A DNA stretch of 64,000 nucleotides from Candidatus Tepidifontimicrobium thermophilum (GTDB lineage Bacteria > Sysuimicrobiota > Sysuimicrobiia > Sysuimicrobiales > Sysuimicrobiaceae). The stretch's first letter is position 1; every line of letters begins with the position of its first letter. The notes beneath the pieces were generated by a model. The model saw only the letters and a program-made list of their open reading frames with translations. It ran no database searches and had not been told where the DNA came from. Made by a program: the position numbers and the translations under genes. Where the stretch lies: the NCBI GenBank assembly GCA_031459915.1, contig JAVKHO010000002.1, positions 23,952 to 87,951 of the forward strand, given 5' to 3'. Of the stretch, positions 50,818-60,925 are shown piece after piece.

Positions 50818-52680
50818 ATGGCGCGGAAAAGGTCCTGGGGGTTGTTGTGCGGGGTGGCAGCGGCCCTCCTGGCCGCGGCTCCGGTCAGCTACGCCCAGTC
50901 CCCGCAGCCCCGGCAGGTGTCCGTGGACGTGCTCGTTTACGGCGCGACCCCCCAGGGGGTGACCGCAGCGGCCGCCGCAGCCTACCGGGGGCTTCGGGTG
51001 GTGCTGGCCGACCCGACGTCCTTCGTGGGCGGTGCTTTCGCCCAGAGCTGGCTCGACACCCTGGACCTGTCCTGGGACTCCTCCGGTGCTCTGCTGTACG
51101 GCGGCCTCGTACAGGAGTTCGTACGCCGGCTGGGCTCCTTCGACGGCGTGGACGTCCGCCGTGCGGGGCGGATCCTTCGCGAGTTGCTGCACACTTCCGG
51201 TGTACAGGTCAAGCTGGGCTGGCGGCTTGAGGAGGTCGAGGTCAGCCACAATCGGGTGACCGCGGTGGTCATGGCGACCCCGGAGGGTCGCGCGAGGATC
51301 TCCGCGGAGGCGGTCGTGGACGCCACGGACGTAGCTCAGCTGGCCGCAGCCGCGGGCGTCCGCTTCACCGTGGGTCGCGAGGACACGGGCCTGGACCGCC
51401 GATCCATGGCCGCAGGCCTGGTCCTGCGGCTGCGCGGCCTGTCCTGGACGCAGGTCTCTGTGGCTGCCTGCCCGAGCCGGCCGTGTCCGGACGGCAGCGG
51501 CCGCGGGCCGTACCTGGTGTGGGGCTTCAACGGCCTGCTGACCCGCTACGTCCCCAGCGACCCCTCGCGCTTCACCCTGAGGGGACTGGAGCTGGCCCTG
51601 CAGGGCGACGGGAGCGTGCTCGTCAAGGGCTTACAGGTCTTCGGGGTGGATGCCACCGACCCGGACTCCCTGGCCCTGGCGCACCGCCAGGCGCAGGCAG
51701 AGGCCCTGCGGGCGGTGAGGTACCTGCGGCTCGCAGCCCCGCACCTGTTCGGCACCGCGGAGCTCGTGGCCACGGCTCCGGCGCTGTACGTGCGGGAAAG
51801 TCGCCACATGGTAGGCCGGTACCGGCTCCGGGCAGACGACGTGCTGTACGGCCGCGACTTCCCCGACACCGTGGCCGTCGGAGGCTACCCCCTGGACGGG
51901 CAGGCCTACTACGCGGGCGAGCCTCCGTACCTGCCCGGCGTGCCCGCTCCGTACGGGGTCCCCTTCCGCTCGCTCCTGCCCGAGCGGATCGACAACCTCC
52001 TGGTGGTCTCCCAGGCCGCGTCCTTCGACTCGGTAGCGGCTTTCTCTGCCCGGGTCGTGCCGTTGCAGATGGCGCTGGGAGAGGCCGCCGGGATCGCGGC
52101 CGCGGTCGCGCACTCGCTGGGAAGGCCGCCGTCGGTGTTCGCGGAAAACCCGTCAGCCCTCCAGCAGCTCCGCACCGCCTTGCGGCTGGCAGGGGTGCGG
52201 TTGCACGCGCCCAGGCGCGCGGCCGTGGATGACGCGCTGGATCCTGGGTACCCCGACGCCGTGGAGTTGCTGCGCCGGGGTCTGTTCAACGGAAGTTACT
52301 GGCTCCGTGGCGGGATGCACCTGCGGCGCCCCATCTCGGTGCGCGAATGGCTGGATAACCTGGAACACTTCTTCAGGGCCAGGGGCCCGGACTCGGCCTT
52401 GGACACCATCCAGGCCGTCCGCCTGGCCTCCTTCCCTACCCTGGGCTACCCGCTACCGGCGTCCTCTGCCGTCGCGCTGCTCCGTGCGCTGGGACTTCCT
52501 GGGTCTCAGCCTGCGGGGAACCGCGCCCTGACCCGCGGCGAAGCCGCCAGCTTGCTCTGGGCCGCCTTCCGCGGCGTCTTGGAAGTCCGCGAACCGAGGC
52601 CCGACCTGGTAAGCTCGGGCTGCCGTGAGCTCTGGTCTGTGACCGTCTGCCCGAGGGGCCCCGACGGCCGTGGGCGCTGA
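50818..52680 (+). CDS. secreted FAD-dependent oxidoreductase (FAD_oxidored-like) with extra C-terminal domain
   Basis: Signal peptide ending AQS, VLVYGATPQGVTAAAAAA dinucleotide-binding motif and an AGGAGG SD. Divergent from ileS. Confidence 0.7.
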   Translation: MARKRSWGLLCGVAAALLAAAPVSYAQSPQPRQVSVDVLVYGATPQGVTAAAAAAYRGLRVVLADPTSFVGGAFAQSWLDTLDLSWDSSGALLYGGLVQEFVRRLGSFDGVDVRRAGRILRELLHTSGVQVKLGWRLEEVEVSHNRVTAVVMATPEGRARISAEAVVDATDVAQLAAAAGVRFTVGREDTGLDRRSMAAGLVLRLRGLSWTQVSVAACPSRPCPDGSGRGPYLVWGFNGLLTRYVPSDPSRFTLRGLELALQGDGSVLVKGLQVFGVDATDPDSLALAHRQAQAEALRAVRYLRLAAPHLFGTAELVATAPALYVRESRHMVGRYRLRADDVLYGRDFPDTVAVGGYPLDGQAYYAGEPPYLPGVPAPYGVPFRSLLPERIDNLLVVSQAASFDSVAAFSARVVPLQMALGEAAGIAAAVAHSLGRPPSVFAENPSALQQLRTALRLAGVRLHAPRRAAVDDALDPGYPDAVELLRRGLFNGSYWLRGGMHLRRPISVREWLDNLEHFFRARGPDSALDTIQAVRLASFPTLGYPLPASSAVALLRALGLPGSQPAGNRALTRGEAASLLWAAFRGVLEVREPRPDLVSSGCRELWSVTVCPRGPDGRGR

Positions 52681-52724
52681 TAGTCCTGCGCCGCCGGGGC
52701 CCGCCTGCAGGCGCGCCGGAGACT

Positions 52725-52898
52725 TCAGTCCCCCGCCTCGCGCATGAACCGCTGCAGCGCCTCCACCAGAGCCTGTACCTGCTTGACCACGTCCTTGGTG
52801 CTGGGGTACTCCCCCAGACCCTGCAGCTCTTTCTGGATCCGCACCAGCTCACGGTAGCAGTTCAGCGCAGCGTCTCGAACGGCTGTGCGTACGGCCAC
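52725..52898 (-). CDS. hypothetical 57-aa helical protein
   Basis: Falls below the 60-aa track cutoff. GTG 8 nt after GGAGGTGG, strong GC3 bias; sequence VAVRTAVRDAALNCYRELVRIQKELQGLGEYPSTKDVVKQVQALVEALQRFMREAGD. Confidence 0.4.
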   Translation of the reverse strand: MAVRTAVRDAALNCYRELVRIQKELQGLGEYPSTKDVVKQVQALVEALQRFMREAGD

Positions 52899-52952
52899 GG
52901 ATCACCACCTCCTCGTCGCCCGCGGTTTTTGGCGTTCGAGGCCCTGCGACCC

Positions 52953-53408
52953 CTATTCTACCGTCCCCGGCGCGCGCAGAACCGGGCGTTCCCTCTGACC
53001 GCCCGAACGCGGCGCCCGGGCTCCCTCTAGTACCTGCCGCAAGGTCTCCGGCAGTGGCATCGCCTGCCCGTTCAGGTCGCAGCACACGTGACGGGTATAC
53101 CCCTCCGCCAGCAGGCGTCCGTCCAGCTCCACCGCATACCGGAAGGAGACGGCCCGGCTAGCGAGCCCGCTCAGCTGGCAGCTCACCGCCACCACTTGGC
53201 CGAAGCTGGCCGGGGCGCGGTAGGTGACGCCCAGCTCCACCACCGGAAGCCGAATCCCCGAGCGCTCCAGCTCGTGGTAGGGGGTCCCCAGACGCTTGAG
53301 GAACTCCACGCGTGCGGCCTCCATCCACACCACGTACACCGCGTGGTGCACCACGCCCATCTGGTCGGTCTCCGCGTACCGCACCTCCACCGGCAACGTG
53401 ACCTGCAC
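52953..53408 (-). CDS. 4HBT/YbgC-type acyl-CoA thioesterase
   Basis: Hotdog fold with ETDQMGVVHHAVY. GTG start 7 nt after GGGAGGG. Confidence 0.8.
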   Translation of the reverse strand: MQVTLPVEVRYAETDQMGVVHHAVYVVWMEAARVEFLKRLGTPYHELERSGIRLPVVELGVTYRAPASFGQVVAVSCQLSGLASRAVSFRYAVELDGRLLAEGYTRHVCCDLNGQAMPLPETLRQVLEGARAPRSGGQRERPVLRAPGTVE

Positions 53409-53466
53409 GGAACGCCCTCCCGTGCCCCCTCAACCGGCGGGCGCCTCCACCGCCGGGGGATGGATG

Positions 53467-53541
53467 TGGTGGGCGGAGCAGGGTTCGAACCTGCGACCCC
53501 GTCCTTGTAAGGGACGTGCTCTCCCGCTGAGCTATCCGCCC
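53467..53541 (-). tRNA. tRNA-Val (anticodon TAC), CCA encoded
   Basis: GGGCGGATAGCTCAGCGGGAGAGCACGTCCCTTACAAGGACGGGGTCGCAGGTTCGAACCCTGCTCCGCCCACCA. Confidence 0.9.
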
Positions 53542-53628
53542 TGGTGCCGGAGGTGGGAGTCGAACCCACACGGGCTTGCGCCCACCGGATTTTGAGTCCG
53601 GCGCGTCTGCCGGTTCCGCCACTCCGGC
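53542..53628 (-). tRNA. tRNA-Leu (anticodon CAA), long variable arm, CCA encoded
   Basis: GCCGGAGTGGCGGAACCGGCAGACGCGCCGGACTCAAAATCCGGTGGGCGCAAGCCCGTGTGGGTTCGACTCCCACCTCCGGCACCA. It abuts tRNA-Val with no spacer. Confidence 0.9.
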
Positions 53629-53681
53629 CTCCACGAACAGCCTAACACCCGACGCAAAGGATCGCCGGACAGGGCCGCTTT

Positions 53682-54728
53682 TCAGTCTACCGCGTCCGCG
53701 GCGGGGAAAGTTCCGAGGTAGTGCCGGAGGAAGGTCCGGCGCAGGACCGGGTGGGACCAGCTGGCCAGGGCCAGTTCCCGCATGGTGGGGGGCCAGCGCA
53801 CCGCGCACGCCGTGGCCGCGGAGAGAAACGCCACCCTACCCCGCTGCGCCCTCAGGTATTCGCCGTAGCGCCGGTGCGCTGCCTCCAGGGTGAAGTGGCC
53901 CGCCAGCACCCCGCTCGCGAGGGATCCCAGCAGCCACCCCGCGTGGAGGGCGCAGCGGATGCCCTCTCCCGTCAGCGGGAGGCAGTGGCCGGCGCTGTCG
54001 CCCGCCGCGAACAGGCGGCCCGCACCCGGGCAAGCCGGTCCCACGCCCAGGAACCCGCCGTGGTACCCCCGCGGCCGCAGGCGGAAGCGGGCCAGGAACC
54101 CTTCCAGATTACTCCGCAGCCGGGTGCGGCCTCGGTAGGACAGGACCCCGAACCGCACGCGGTCGCCGCACGGGAACGCCCAGGCGTACCCGTCGGGTGC
54201 GACCTCAGGCCAGAAGTAGAAGTGCAGTCCGGGCTCGAAGGCCGTGGGGACTTCCGTCTCGAGCCCGAACCACTTCCACCGCGGTCCCGCCACGGAGGGA
54301 CCGCCCCAGGACCGTGCCAGCACGGCCCTCCATCCGGTGCAGTCCACCACCAACTCCGCGCGGAACCGGCCCGACGACGTGTGCACGAAGAAACCGTCGA
54401 AAGACCACGCTGCCGCCTGCACCAGCTCCCCCTGCACCCGCTGCCACGCCAGCTGACAGAACCGGCGGTAGTCGAAGGTGCAGAAGGGCTCGCCCTGGAG
54501 GTCCCACACGAAGGCGCGGCGAGGCGTGTGCACCACGAGGCTGCGGTGCACCTGCTGGACCGCCCCGGCAGCACCGGCCCGTTCCACCACGGACAGGGGC
54601 GCCCCGCACGCGGACGTCTGGCCCTCTCCCAGGGGCTTGGGATCTACGACCAGCAGGCGGCCGCGGACGGCCTGAGCGACCGCGAGGCCCGCAAACGAGG
54701 CCCCCGCCACCACCACGTCGTACGTCAC
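53682..54728 (-). CDS. geranylgeranyl reductase-family FAD-dependent oxidoreductase
   Basis: YDVVVAGASFAGLAVA Rossmann N-terminus. GTG at 54728 overlaps the upstream TGA. Confidence 0.65.
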   Translation of the reverse strand: MTYDVVVAGASFAGLAVAQAVRGRLLVVDPKPLGEGQTSACGAPLSVVERAGAAGAVQQVHRSLVVHTPRRAFVWDLQGEPFCTFDYRRFCQLAWQRVQGELVQAAAWSFDGFFVHTSSGRFRAELVVDCTGWRAVLARSWGGPSVAGPRWKWFGLETEVPTAFEPGLHFYFWPEVAPDGYAWAFPCGDRVRFGVLSYRGRTRLRSNLEGFLARFRLRPRGYHGGFLGVGPACPGAGRLFAAGDSAGHCLPLTGEGIRCALHAGWLLGSLASGVLAGHFTLEAAHRRYGEYLRAQRGRVAFLSAATACAVRWPPTMRELALASWSHPVLRRTFLRHYLGTFPAADAVD

Positions 54729-55486
54729 GGCGTCGGGCGGGCGTGCTCGAACTGGAACCCACCCTGGTAGGCGGGCAGGTGGACCCGGTCGCGCCGCTCC
54801 ACCCGGACGTCCAAGCCCAGTCCCCGCAGCCCCTCCACCACCCCTCCCCGAATGTTCAGGGCGCCTTCGAGCGTCGCAGGGTCCCCGATGGCCTCCACCA
54901 GGAAGGGGGGGGACAGCCGCCGCAGGTTCACCAGAATGGTGCCGCCTACCTGGCTGAAGCCGCTCGTGGCCACCACCCGCTGCCCGTTCACCGCCACGGC
55001 CTCCGCCCCCGCAGCCCACAGTTCGTTGGTTACCGCCACCAGATCCTGGTACTGCACCGCCGCGGGGCCCCGGGACGGCCTCGCCCTTGGCTCCGCCACG
55101 TGAACCGCCACCCCGGGACCCTCCACGGGTACTAGGCCGAGCGCCAGCCGGTACTCCTCCACCTGGCGGCGCAGCGCCTCCAGCGCGGTTCGGCCGCTGG
55201 CCGCGGCCTGCTCGAACTCCCGCACGCGGCCCTGCAGTTCCGCCAGCTGCGCCTCCAGCTGTCGACGCGCCTCCCGCTCCTGCCGCAGCATGGCGGCCAG
55301 GGCGTACAGGTTGCGCGTCCGGACTTCAGGCTGCTCGCGGAAGTGGCGGGTGGCGCGCACCTGGGTCACCAGCAGAAAACCCATGAGCGCGAGCAGCACG
55401 ACGGCGGCGATCTGAAGCGCCGCCACGGACCGGGCGCGGCCGCCCCGCGCCGGGGCGTCCGTCGGCACCAGACGCAGCGCCCTCAC
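54725..55486 (-). CDS. DUF881 family membrane protein
   Basis: N-terminal TM and DUF881-like core (VTNELWAAGAEAVAVNGQRV...). Confidence 0.7.
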   Translation of the reverse strand: MRALRLVPTDAPARGGRARSVAALQIAAVVLLALMGFLLVTQVRATRHFREQPEVRTRNLYALAAMLRQEREARRQLEAQLAELQGRVREFEQAAASGRTALEALRRQVEEYRLALGLVPVEGPGVAVHVAEPRARPSRGPAAVQYQDLVAVTNELWAAGAEAVAVNGQRVVATSGFSQVGGTILVNLRRLSPPFLVEAIGDPATLEGALNIRGGVVEGLRGLGLDVRVERRDRVHLPAYQGGFQFEHARPTP

Positions 55487-56016
55487 CGCGCCAGCACCTC
55501 CCGGACCGCCCGCTCCAGCGCCCGCTCCCCCTCCGGCCCCAGGAAGGGCCCCGCGTGTACGCCGGCCATCCCACCCTGGCGGCTCACGAACACCGTTGTG
55601 GGCAGGCCCAGCACCCGGAACCACCGGAGGGTGTCGCCGTTGGGGTCGTGCACGGAAGGGAAGGGGATCCGCAACTCCCGCACGAACCGCCGCGCCTCGT
55701 CCGGGTCATCCAGCACGTTCACCCCGACGAAGTGCACGGCCTGCCCGTGGTGCTGCCAGGACCGCACCAGCACCGGCATCTCGGAACGGCAGGGCGCGCA
55801 CCACGAGGCCCAGAAGTTCAGGACCACCGGCTTGCCCCGCAGCTGGGCGAGGTCTAGTTTCCCACCGTCCAGGGTGTCCAGGATGAAGCTGGGAGCTGTG
55901 GGGAGCCTGCCCGCAGGAGCTCTGCCCGCCACGGGGCCCTCGCGGGGCCGCAGGGCCAGTCCGGCCAGCACCCCCAGCAGCCCCGCCAGCACCAGCCAGG
56001 GCAAACGGCGAACCAC
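55483..56016 (-). CDS. TlpA/ResA-like membrane-anchored thiol-disulfide oxidoreductase
   Basis: N-terminal anchor and WCAPC thioredoxin motif. Confidence 0.85.
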   Translation of the reverse strand: MVRRLPWLVLAGLLGVLAGLALRPREGPVAGRAPAGRLPTAPSFILDTLDGGKLDLAQLRGKPVVLNFWASWCAPCRSEMPVLVRSWQHHGQAVHFVGVNVLDDPDEARRFVRELRIPFPSVHDPNGDTLRWFRVLGLPTTVFVSRQGGMAGVHAGPFLGPEGERALERAVREVLAR

Positions 56017-56052
56017 AGTGCCTCCAGTGTAGCGGAGCGCGGAGCCGCGAGG

Positions 56053-56517
56053 TTACAGCTCGTCCTCGCTGGAGGCCACAACCCGCGCCGGGCGGCCGGC
56101 CGCGTACTCCCGCAATCCCTGCTGGAGCGCCACCCACGCCAGGGTGGCGCACTTGATCCGCACGGGGAACCGGCGGACGCCCTGAAGGGCCACCAGGTCG
56201 CCCAGGCGCCCCTCGTCCGGCACCTGCCCGTGCATCATGGCCTTGAACTCCTCCGCCAGCTCGTGGGCGGCGTCCAGGCTCTTGCCCTTCACCGCCTCCG
56301 TCATCATGGAAGCGGACGCTTGGCTGATGGAGCACCCACGGCCCTCGAAGCGCACCTCCTCCAGCCGCCCGTCCCGCACCCGGGCGTACAGGCTGATCTC
56401 GTCCCCACAGGAGGGGTTGACCCCCTCCACCGCGATGTCCGCTCCCTCCAGCTTCCCCCGGTTCCTGGGGTGGGCGTAGTGGTCCAGGATGATCTCGCGG
56501 TAAAGGTCCTGCAGCAT
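56053..56517 (-). CDS. sufU: SufU/IscU-type Fe-S assembly scaffold
   Basis: NPSCGDE...GCSIS...KCATLA. Confidence 0.9.
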   Translation of the reverse strand: MLQDLYREIILDHYAHPRNRGKLEGADIAVEGVNPSCGDEISLYARVRDGRLEEVRFEGRGCSISQASASMMTEAVKGKSLDAAHELAEEFKAMMHGQVPDEGRLGDLVALQGVRRFPVRIKCATLAWVALQQGLREYAAGRPARVVASSEDEL

Positions 56518-56532
56518 CCGGCGCTCCGGGAC

Positions 56533-57765
56533 TCAGCTAGCTAGCCCGAAGAAGGCCCGCACGCGTTCCAGGCCCCGCACCAGGGCGTCGATGTCCTCAG
56601 CGGTATTGTACAGGTACACGCTGGCCCGTGCGGTGGCGGCCAGGCCCAGGGCGCGGTGCAGGGGCTGGGCGCAGTGGTGTCCGGCCCGCACGCACACTCC
56701 CTGTTCGTCCAGCACCTGCGCCACGTCGTGGGGGTGGACCCCCTCCAGGGTGAAGGCCAGCGCGCCGCCGCGCAGCTCCGGGTCCTTCGGCCCGTACAGC
56801 CGGAGGCCGCGGAGTTCCGCCAGCTGGGCCATGGCGTAGCGGACCAAGGCCTTCTCGTGCTCCCGCACCGCCTCCATTCCCAGCGCCCGCAAGTATTCCA
56901 CCGCCACGCCCAGAGCGATGGCCCCCGCGATGTTGGGGGTGCCCGCCTCGAACCGGTGAGGGGGGTCCTTGTAGGTGGAATGCTCCAACTCCACCCGCTC
57001 GATCATCTCCCCGCCCCCGTGGAAGGGGGGCATGGCCTCCAGCAGTTCTCGGCGGCCCCAGAGGGCCCCGATGCCTGTTGGACCGCACATCTTGTGTCCG
57101 GAGAAGGCGAGGAAGTCACAGCCCAGCTCGGCCACCCGCACGGGCATGTGGGGCACGCTCTGGGCGCCGTCCACCACCACCACCGCCCCCACGGCGTGGG
57201 CACGCTCCGAGATGTAGCGGACCGGGTTGATGGTCCCCACCACGTTGGACTGGTGCGTCACAGCTACGATGCGGGTGCGTTCCGTGAGCAGACGGTCCAG
57301 GGAGTCCAGGTCCAGGGTTCCGTCCTCCGGCCTGACCTTCAGGACCCGGAGCCTGGCTCCGCGCCGCTGGGCCAGCAACTGCCAGGGCACCAGGTTGCTG
57401 TGGTGCTCCATCTCCGTGACCAGCACCTCGTCCCCCGCCCGGACGAACGCGTCCCCCCAGGCGTAGGCCACTAGGTTGATGGCCTCCGTGGTCCCCCGGG
57501 TGAAGACCAGTTCCTCCGGTCGCGCTCCCACAAAGGCCGCCACCTTGGCCCGTGCCTCCTCGTAGGCCAGGGTGGCCCGCTCCGCGATACGGTACAGGCC
57601 CCGGTGCACGTTGGCGTTGTACTCCTCGTAGTACCGCTGCAAGGCCTCCAGGACCGCCCGGGGCTTCTGGGAGGTGGCCGCGCTGTCCAGGTAGACGAGG
57701 GGCTTTCCGTCCAAGGATCTCTGGAGGAGGGGGAAGTCCGCTCGGACGTCCAAGGGAATGGGCAC
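56533..57765 (-). CDS. sufS: cysteine desulfurase SufS
   Basis: Class V aminotransferase with SGHKMCGPTG and RAGHHCAQP. Confidence 0.9.
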   Translation of the reverse strand: MPIPLDVRADFPLLQRSLDGKPLVYLDSAATSQKPRAVLEALQRYYEEYNANVHRGLYRIAERATLAYEEARAKVAAFVGARPEELVFTRGTTEAINLVAYAWGDAFVRAGDEVLVTEMEHHSNLVPWQLLAQRRGARLRVLKVRPEDGTLDLDSLDRLLTERTRIVAVTHQSNVVGTINPVRYISERAHAVGAVVVVDGAQSVPHMPVRVAELGCDFLAFSGHKMCGPTGIGALWGRRELLEAMPPFHGGGEMIERVELEHSTYKDPPHRFEAGTPNIAGAIALGVAVEYLRALGMEAVREHEKALVRYAMAQLAELRGLRLYGPKDPELRGGALAFTLEGVHPHDVAQVLDEQGVCVRAGHHCAQPLHRALGLAATARASVYLYNTAEDIDALVRGLERVRAFFGLAS

Positions 57766-57787
57766 CGTCCCCTCCTCCCTGGCCTGC

Positions 57788-58135
57788 TCAGGCCCCGCCG
57801 TGGATCCGGCCCGCGTGGACCCTGGGGGTTGGGTCCACGTAGACCACGCCGTCCTCCACCTTCACCGCGTACGTGGCCACGTTGTGCACTGCGGGCAGGG
57901 AACGCACCTGCCCGGTGGGGATGTGGAACCGCGACCCGTGGCGGGGGCAGACGGCCATCTCCCCCATGACCGGTCCGTCCGAAAGCGAAGCCTCCTCGTG
58001 GGTGCACGTGTCGTCGATGGCGTAGAACCGACCGCCCAGGTTGAACACCGCGATCCGCCTGCCCGCCACCTCGAACGCCCGGCCCCTGCGCTCCGGGATG
58101 TCCTCTACCCTGGCCACCGCCACGAACCCGCTCAC
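57788..58135 (-). CDS. Rieske [2Fe-2S] domain protein inside the suf operon
   Basis: CTHEEASL...CPRHGSRF Rieske motifs. GTG overlaps the sufD TGA; the track ORF extension to 59428 is spurious. Confidence 0.8.
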   Translation of the reverse strand: MSGFVAVARVEDIPERRGRAFEVAGRRIAVFNLGGRFYAIDDTCTHEEASLSDGPVMGEMAVCPRHGSRFHIPTGQVRSLPAVHNVATYAVKVEDGVVYVDPTPRVHAGRIHGGA

Positions 58136-59490
58136 CGGCTCTGGGCCACCTCCTCCAGCAGCCCCCGCAGGGCCGCCACCCGACCCAGGGGAGCTTCCGC
58201 GCCCATCTTCTCCGCCACCTTCTGCTCCAGCCACCACCGTACGCGCTCCACCGGCAGCCGATCCAGTACCTCCGAGAAGAAACCCTCCACGATCATGTGC
58301 ACCGCCTGCTGCCGCGTGAGCCCTCGGGTCTGCAGGTAGAACAGGTGGGGTTCCTCCAGCCGGCTGACCGCGGACCCGTGGGTGCACCGCAGGTCGTTGG
58401 CCATAATCTCCAGCTCCGGCTTGCTGTCCGCACGGGCCTCCGGGGACAGCAACAGGTTCCGGTTGGACTGGAAGGCGTTGGTCTTCTGCGCCCCCGGGTG
58501 GACCCGGATGAGCCCCGCGAACACCGACCGCGCGGAGCCCAGCAGCGCGACCTTGTACAGCAGGTCGCTGGCGGTGTGGGGCGCCTGGTGCTCCTGCAGG
58601 GTGTGCACGTCGTAGTGCTGGGCGTCGTCCGCGAAAAACGCCCCCAGCATCTCCGAGGCCCCCCCGGGGGAGTCCAGAACCGACTCCACGAACAACTTCT
58701 CCAAGGACGCGCCGAACGACGCCACCAGGGTCCGGACGGTGGCGTCCCGGCCCACCCGGGCCCGGACCACCCCGAACTCGCGCACCGGGCCGCGCAGGTC
58801 CTGCAGCTGCGCGTAGCCCAGTTGGGCTCCGTCCCGCACCACCAGCTCCACGCCCAGGTTTACCAGTCCGGTGCCCGGGCCTGTCCGGCGCTGGACCAGG
58901 GTCGCCCGGCTGCGGGGCTCCAGGACCACCAGGGTGTGGGGAGCCACCAGGCCCTCCCCGTCCACCCAGTCCGCCACCACCAGCGGTTCCTCCAGCTCCA
59001 CCCCCGCAGGGACGTAGAGGAACACTCCCCCGGTGGCAAACGCCACGTGCTGCGCGGTGAAGGCGTTCTCCTCCGCCCGCAGGCCCGCCCGGAAGAGGAA
59101 CGGTTCCAAAAGGTCCGGCCACTCCCGGGCCGCGGTGCGCAGGTCGCAGAACACCACGCCCGCCCGCCGCAGCCGTTCCGCACCCCAGGACCCCGCGACA
59201 GCTCCGTTGTGGAGGGCCAGGGCCGGCCCGTCCCCCCGCAGGCCGTCCAGGCCCTGCCGGGCCACCTCGTCGCCCCGTTCCTGCAACACCGGCCCGAGAC
59301 CGTCCCAGGCCAGCCGTTCCGGGGGAGTCCGCCGCCACGCTTCGTGGGTGGGCGGGGGGAGCGGCAGCGATCGGAACAGCTCCCACGCCTGCTGCCGCCG
59401 CCGCCGTAGCCACTCCGGGCCCTCCCACAGCTCCGCCAGCCGCTCCACTGTCGCTCGGTCGAAACCCTCCCGCACCGCCGCGTCCTCCAC
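58132..59490 (-). CDS. sufD: Fe-S cluster assembly protein SufD
   Basis: SufBD-family beta-helix C-domain. Confidence 0.85.
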   Translation of the reverse strand: MEDAAVREGFDRATVERLAELWEGPEWLRRRRQQAWELFRSLPLPPPTHEAWRRTPPERLAWDGLGPVLQERGDEVARQGLDGLRGDGPALALHNGAVAGSWGAERLRRAGVVFCDLRTAAREWPDLLEPFLFRAGLRAEENAFTAQHVAFATGGVFLYVPAGVELEEPLVVADWVDGEGLVAPHTLVVLEPRSRATLVQRRTGPGTGLVNLGVELVVRDGAQLGYAQLQDLRGPVREFGVVRARVGRDATVRTLVASFGASLEKLFVESVLDSPGGASEMLGAFFADDAQHYDVHTLQEHQAPHTASDLLYKVALLGSARSVFAGLIRVHPGAQKTNAFQSNRNLLLSPEARADSKPELEIMANDLRCTHGSAVSRLEEPHLFYLQTRGLTRQQAVHMIVEGFFSEVLDRLPVERVRWWLEQKVAEKMGAEAPLGRVAALRGLLEEVAQSR

Positions 59491-59501
59491 TCAGCCTCCT
59501 G

Positions 59502-60908
59502 CTAGCCTACGGACCCCTCCATCTCGAGGGCGATCAGCCGGTTCAGTTCTACCGCGTACTCCAGGGGCAGCTCCTTTGCGATGGGTTCGATGAACCCCCG
59601 CACGATCATGTTCATCGCCTCGTCCTCCTGGATCCCCCGGCTCATCAGGTAAAAGAGCTGCTCGTCGCTCACCTTGGACACCGTCGCCTCGTGGGTGATC
59701 TGTACGTCCTCCTCGTCGATCTCCATGGTGGGGTAGGTGTCCGACCGGGAGCGGTCGTCCAGGATCAGAGCGTCGCACCGCACCGCGCACTTGCTCCCCC
59801 GGGCGCCCTTGTACACCTTCACCAGACCCCGGTATCCAGCCCGGCCGCCGTCCTTGCTGATGGACTTGCTCACGATGGACGACTGGGTATAGGGGGCCGC
59901 GTGGATCACCTTCCCGCCTGGGTCCTGGTGCTGTCCGGCGCCCGCGAAGGCCACCGACAGGATCTCCGCCTTCGCCCCCGGCTCCACCAGGTACACGCTC
60001 GGGTACTTCATCGTGATCTTGGAGCCCAGATTGCCGTCCACCCACTCCATGGTGGCGTCCCGGTAGGCCACCGCGCGCTTGGTGACCAGGTTGTACACGT
60101 TCTTCGACCAGTTCTGGATGGTGGTGTACCGGCAGCGGGCGCCCTCCTTCACGATGATCTCCACCACCGCGCTGTGGAGGGAGTCGGTGGTGTAGATGGG
60201 CGCCGTGCAGCCCTCCACGTAGTGCACGTAGGCGCCGGGCTCCACGATGATGAGGGTCCGCTCGAACTGGCCCACGTTCTCCGCGTTGATCCGGAAGTAC
60301 GCCTGGAGGGGGATCTCCACCTTGACCCCCTCGGGCACGTAGATGAACGACCCCCCAGACCACACCGCGGAGTTCAGGGCGGCGAACTTGTTGTCCTCCG
60401 GCGGGACCACGGTACCGAAGTACTCCCGCACCAGGTCCGGGTACTGCTTCACCGCGGTGTCCGTGTCCACGAAGATGACCCCGAGCTTCTCCCACTCCTC
60501 CTTCAGGCTGTGGTAGACGACCTCGCTTTCGTACTGGGCACCCACCCCGGCCAGAAACTTCCGCTCCGCCTCCGGGATCCCCAGCCGCTCGTAGGTGTCC
60601 CGGATCTCCTGGGGCAGCTCGTCCCAGCTGCGCGCTTGGCGGTCCGTGGGCTTGATGTAGTAGTAGATGTCCTCGAAGTCGATGACGGACAGGTCCGGGC
60701 CCCAGGTGGGCAGGGGCTTCTTCAAGAAGACTTCCAGACTGTGCAGCCGGAACGCCCGCATCCAGTCCGGCTCGCCCTTCAGGTAAGAGATCTCCTCCAC
60801 CACCTCCCGGCTCAAGCCCTTGCGGGACTTGAACACGTAGTTCTCGGGCATGCGGAAGCCCCACTGGTACTGGTCCAGGTCGATGCCCAGGGGGTTGGCG
60901 GTCGCCAT
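59502..60908 (-). CDS. sufB: Fe-S cluster assembly protein SufB
   Basis: Highly conserved SufB ([13 protein letters not shown]...[16 protein letters not shown]). Confidence 0.95.
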   Translation of the reverse strand: MATANPLGIDLDQYQWGFRMPENYVFKSRKGLSREVVEEISYLKGEPDWMRAFRLHSLEVFLKKPLPTWGPDLSVIDFEDIYYYIKPTDRQARSWDELPQEIRDTYERLGIPEAERKFLAGVGAQYESEVVYHSLKEEWEKLGVIFVDTDTAVKQYPDLVREYFGTVVPPEDNKFAALNSAVWSGGSFIYVPEGVKVEIPLQAYFRINAENVGQFERTLIIVEPGAYVHYVEGCTAPIYTTDSLHSAVVEIIVKEGARCRYTTIQNWSKNVYNLVTKRAVAYRDATMEWVDGNLGSKITMKYPSVYLVEPGAKAEILSVAFAGAGQHQDPGGKVIHAAPYTQSSIVSKSISKDGGRAGYRGLVKVYKGARGSKCAVRCDALILDDRSRSDTYPTMEIDEEDVQITHEATVSKVSDEQLFYLMSRGIQEDEAMNMIVRGFIEPIAKELPLEYAVELNRLIALEMEGSVG

Positions 60909-60925
60909 AGTCCACCTCCCTTCAA

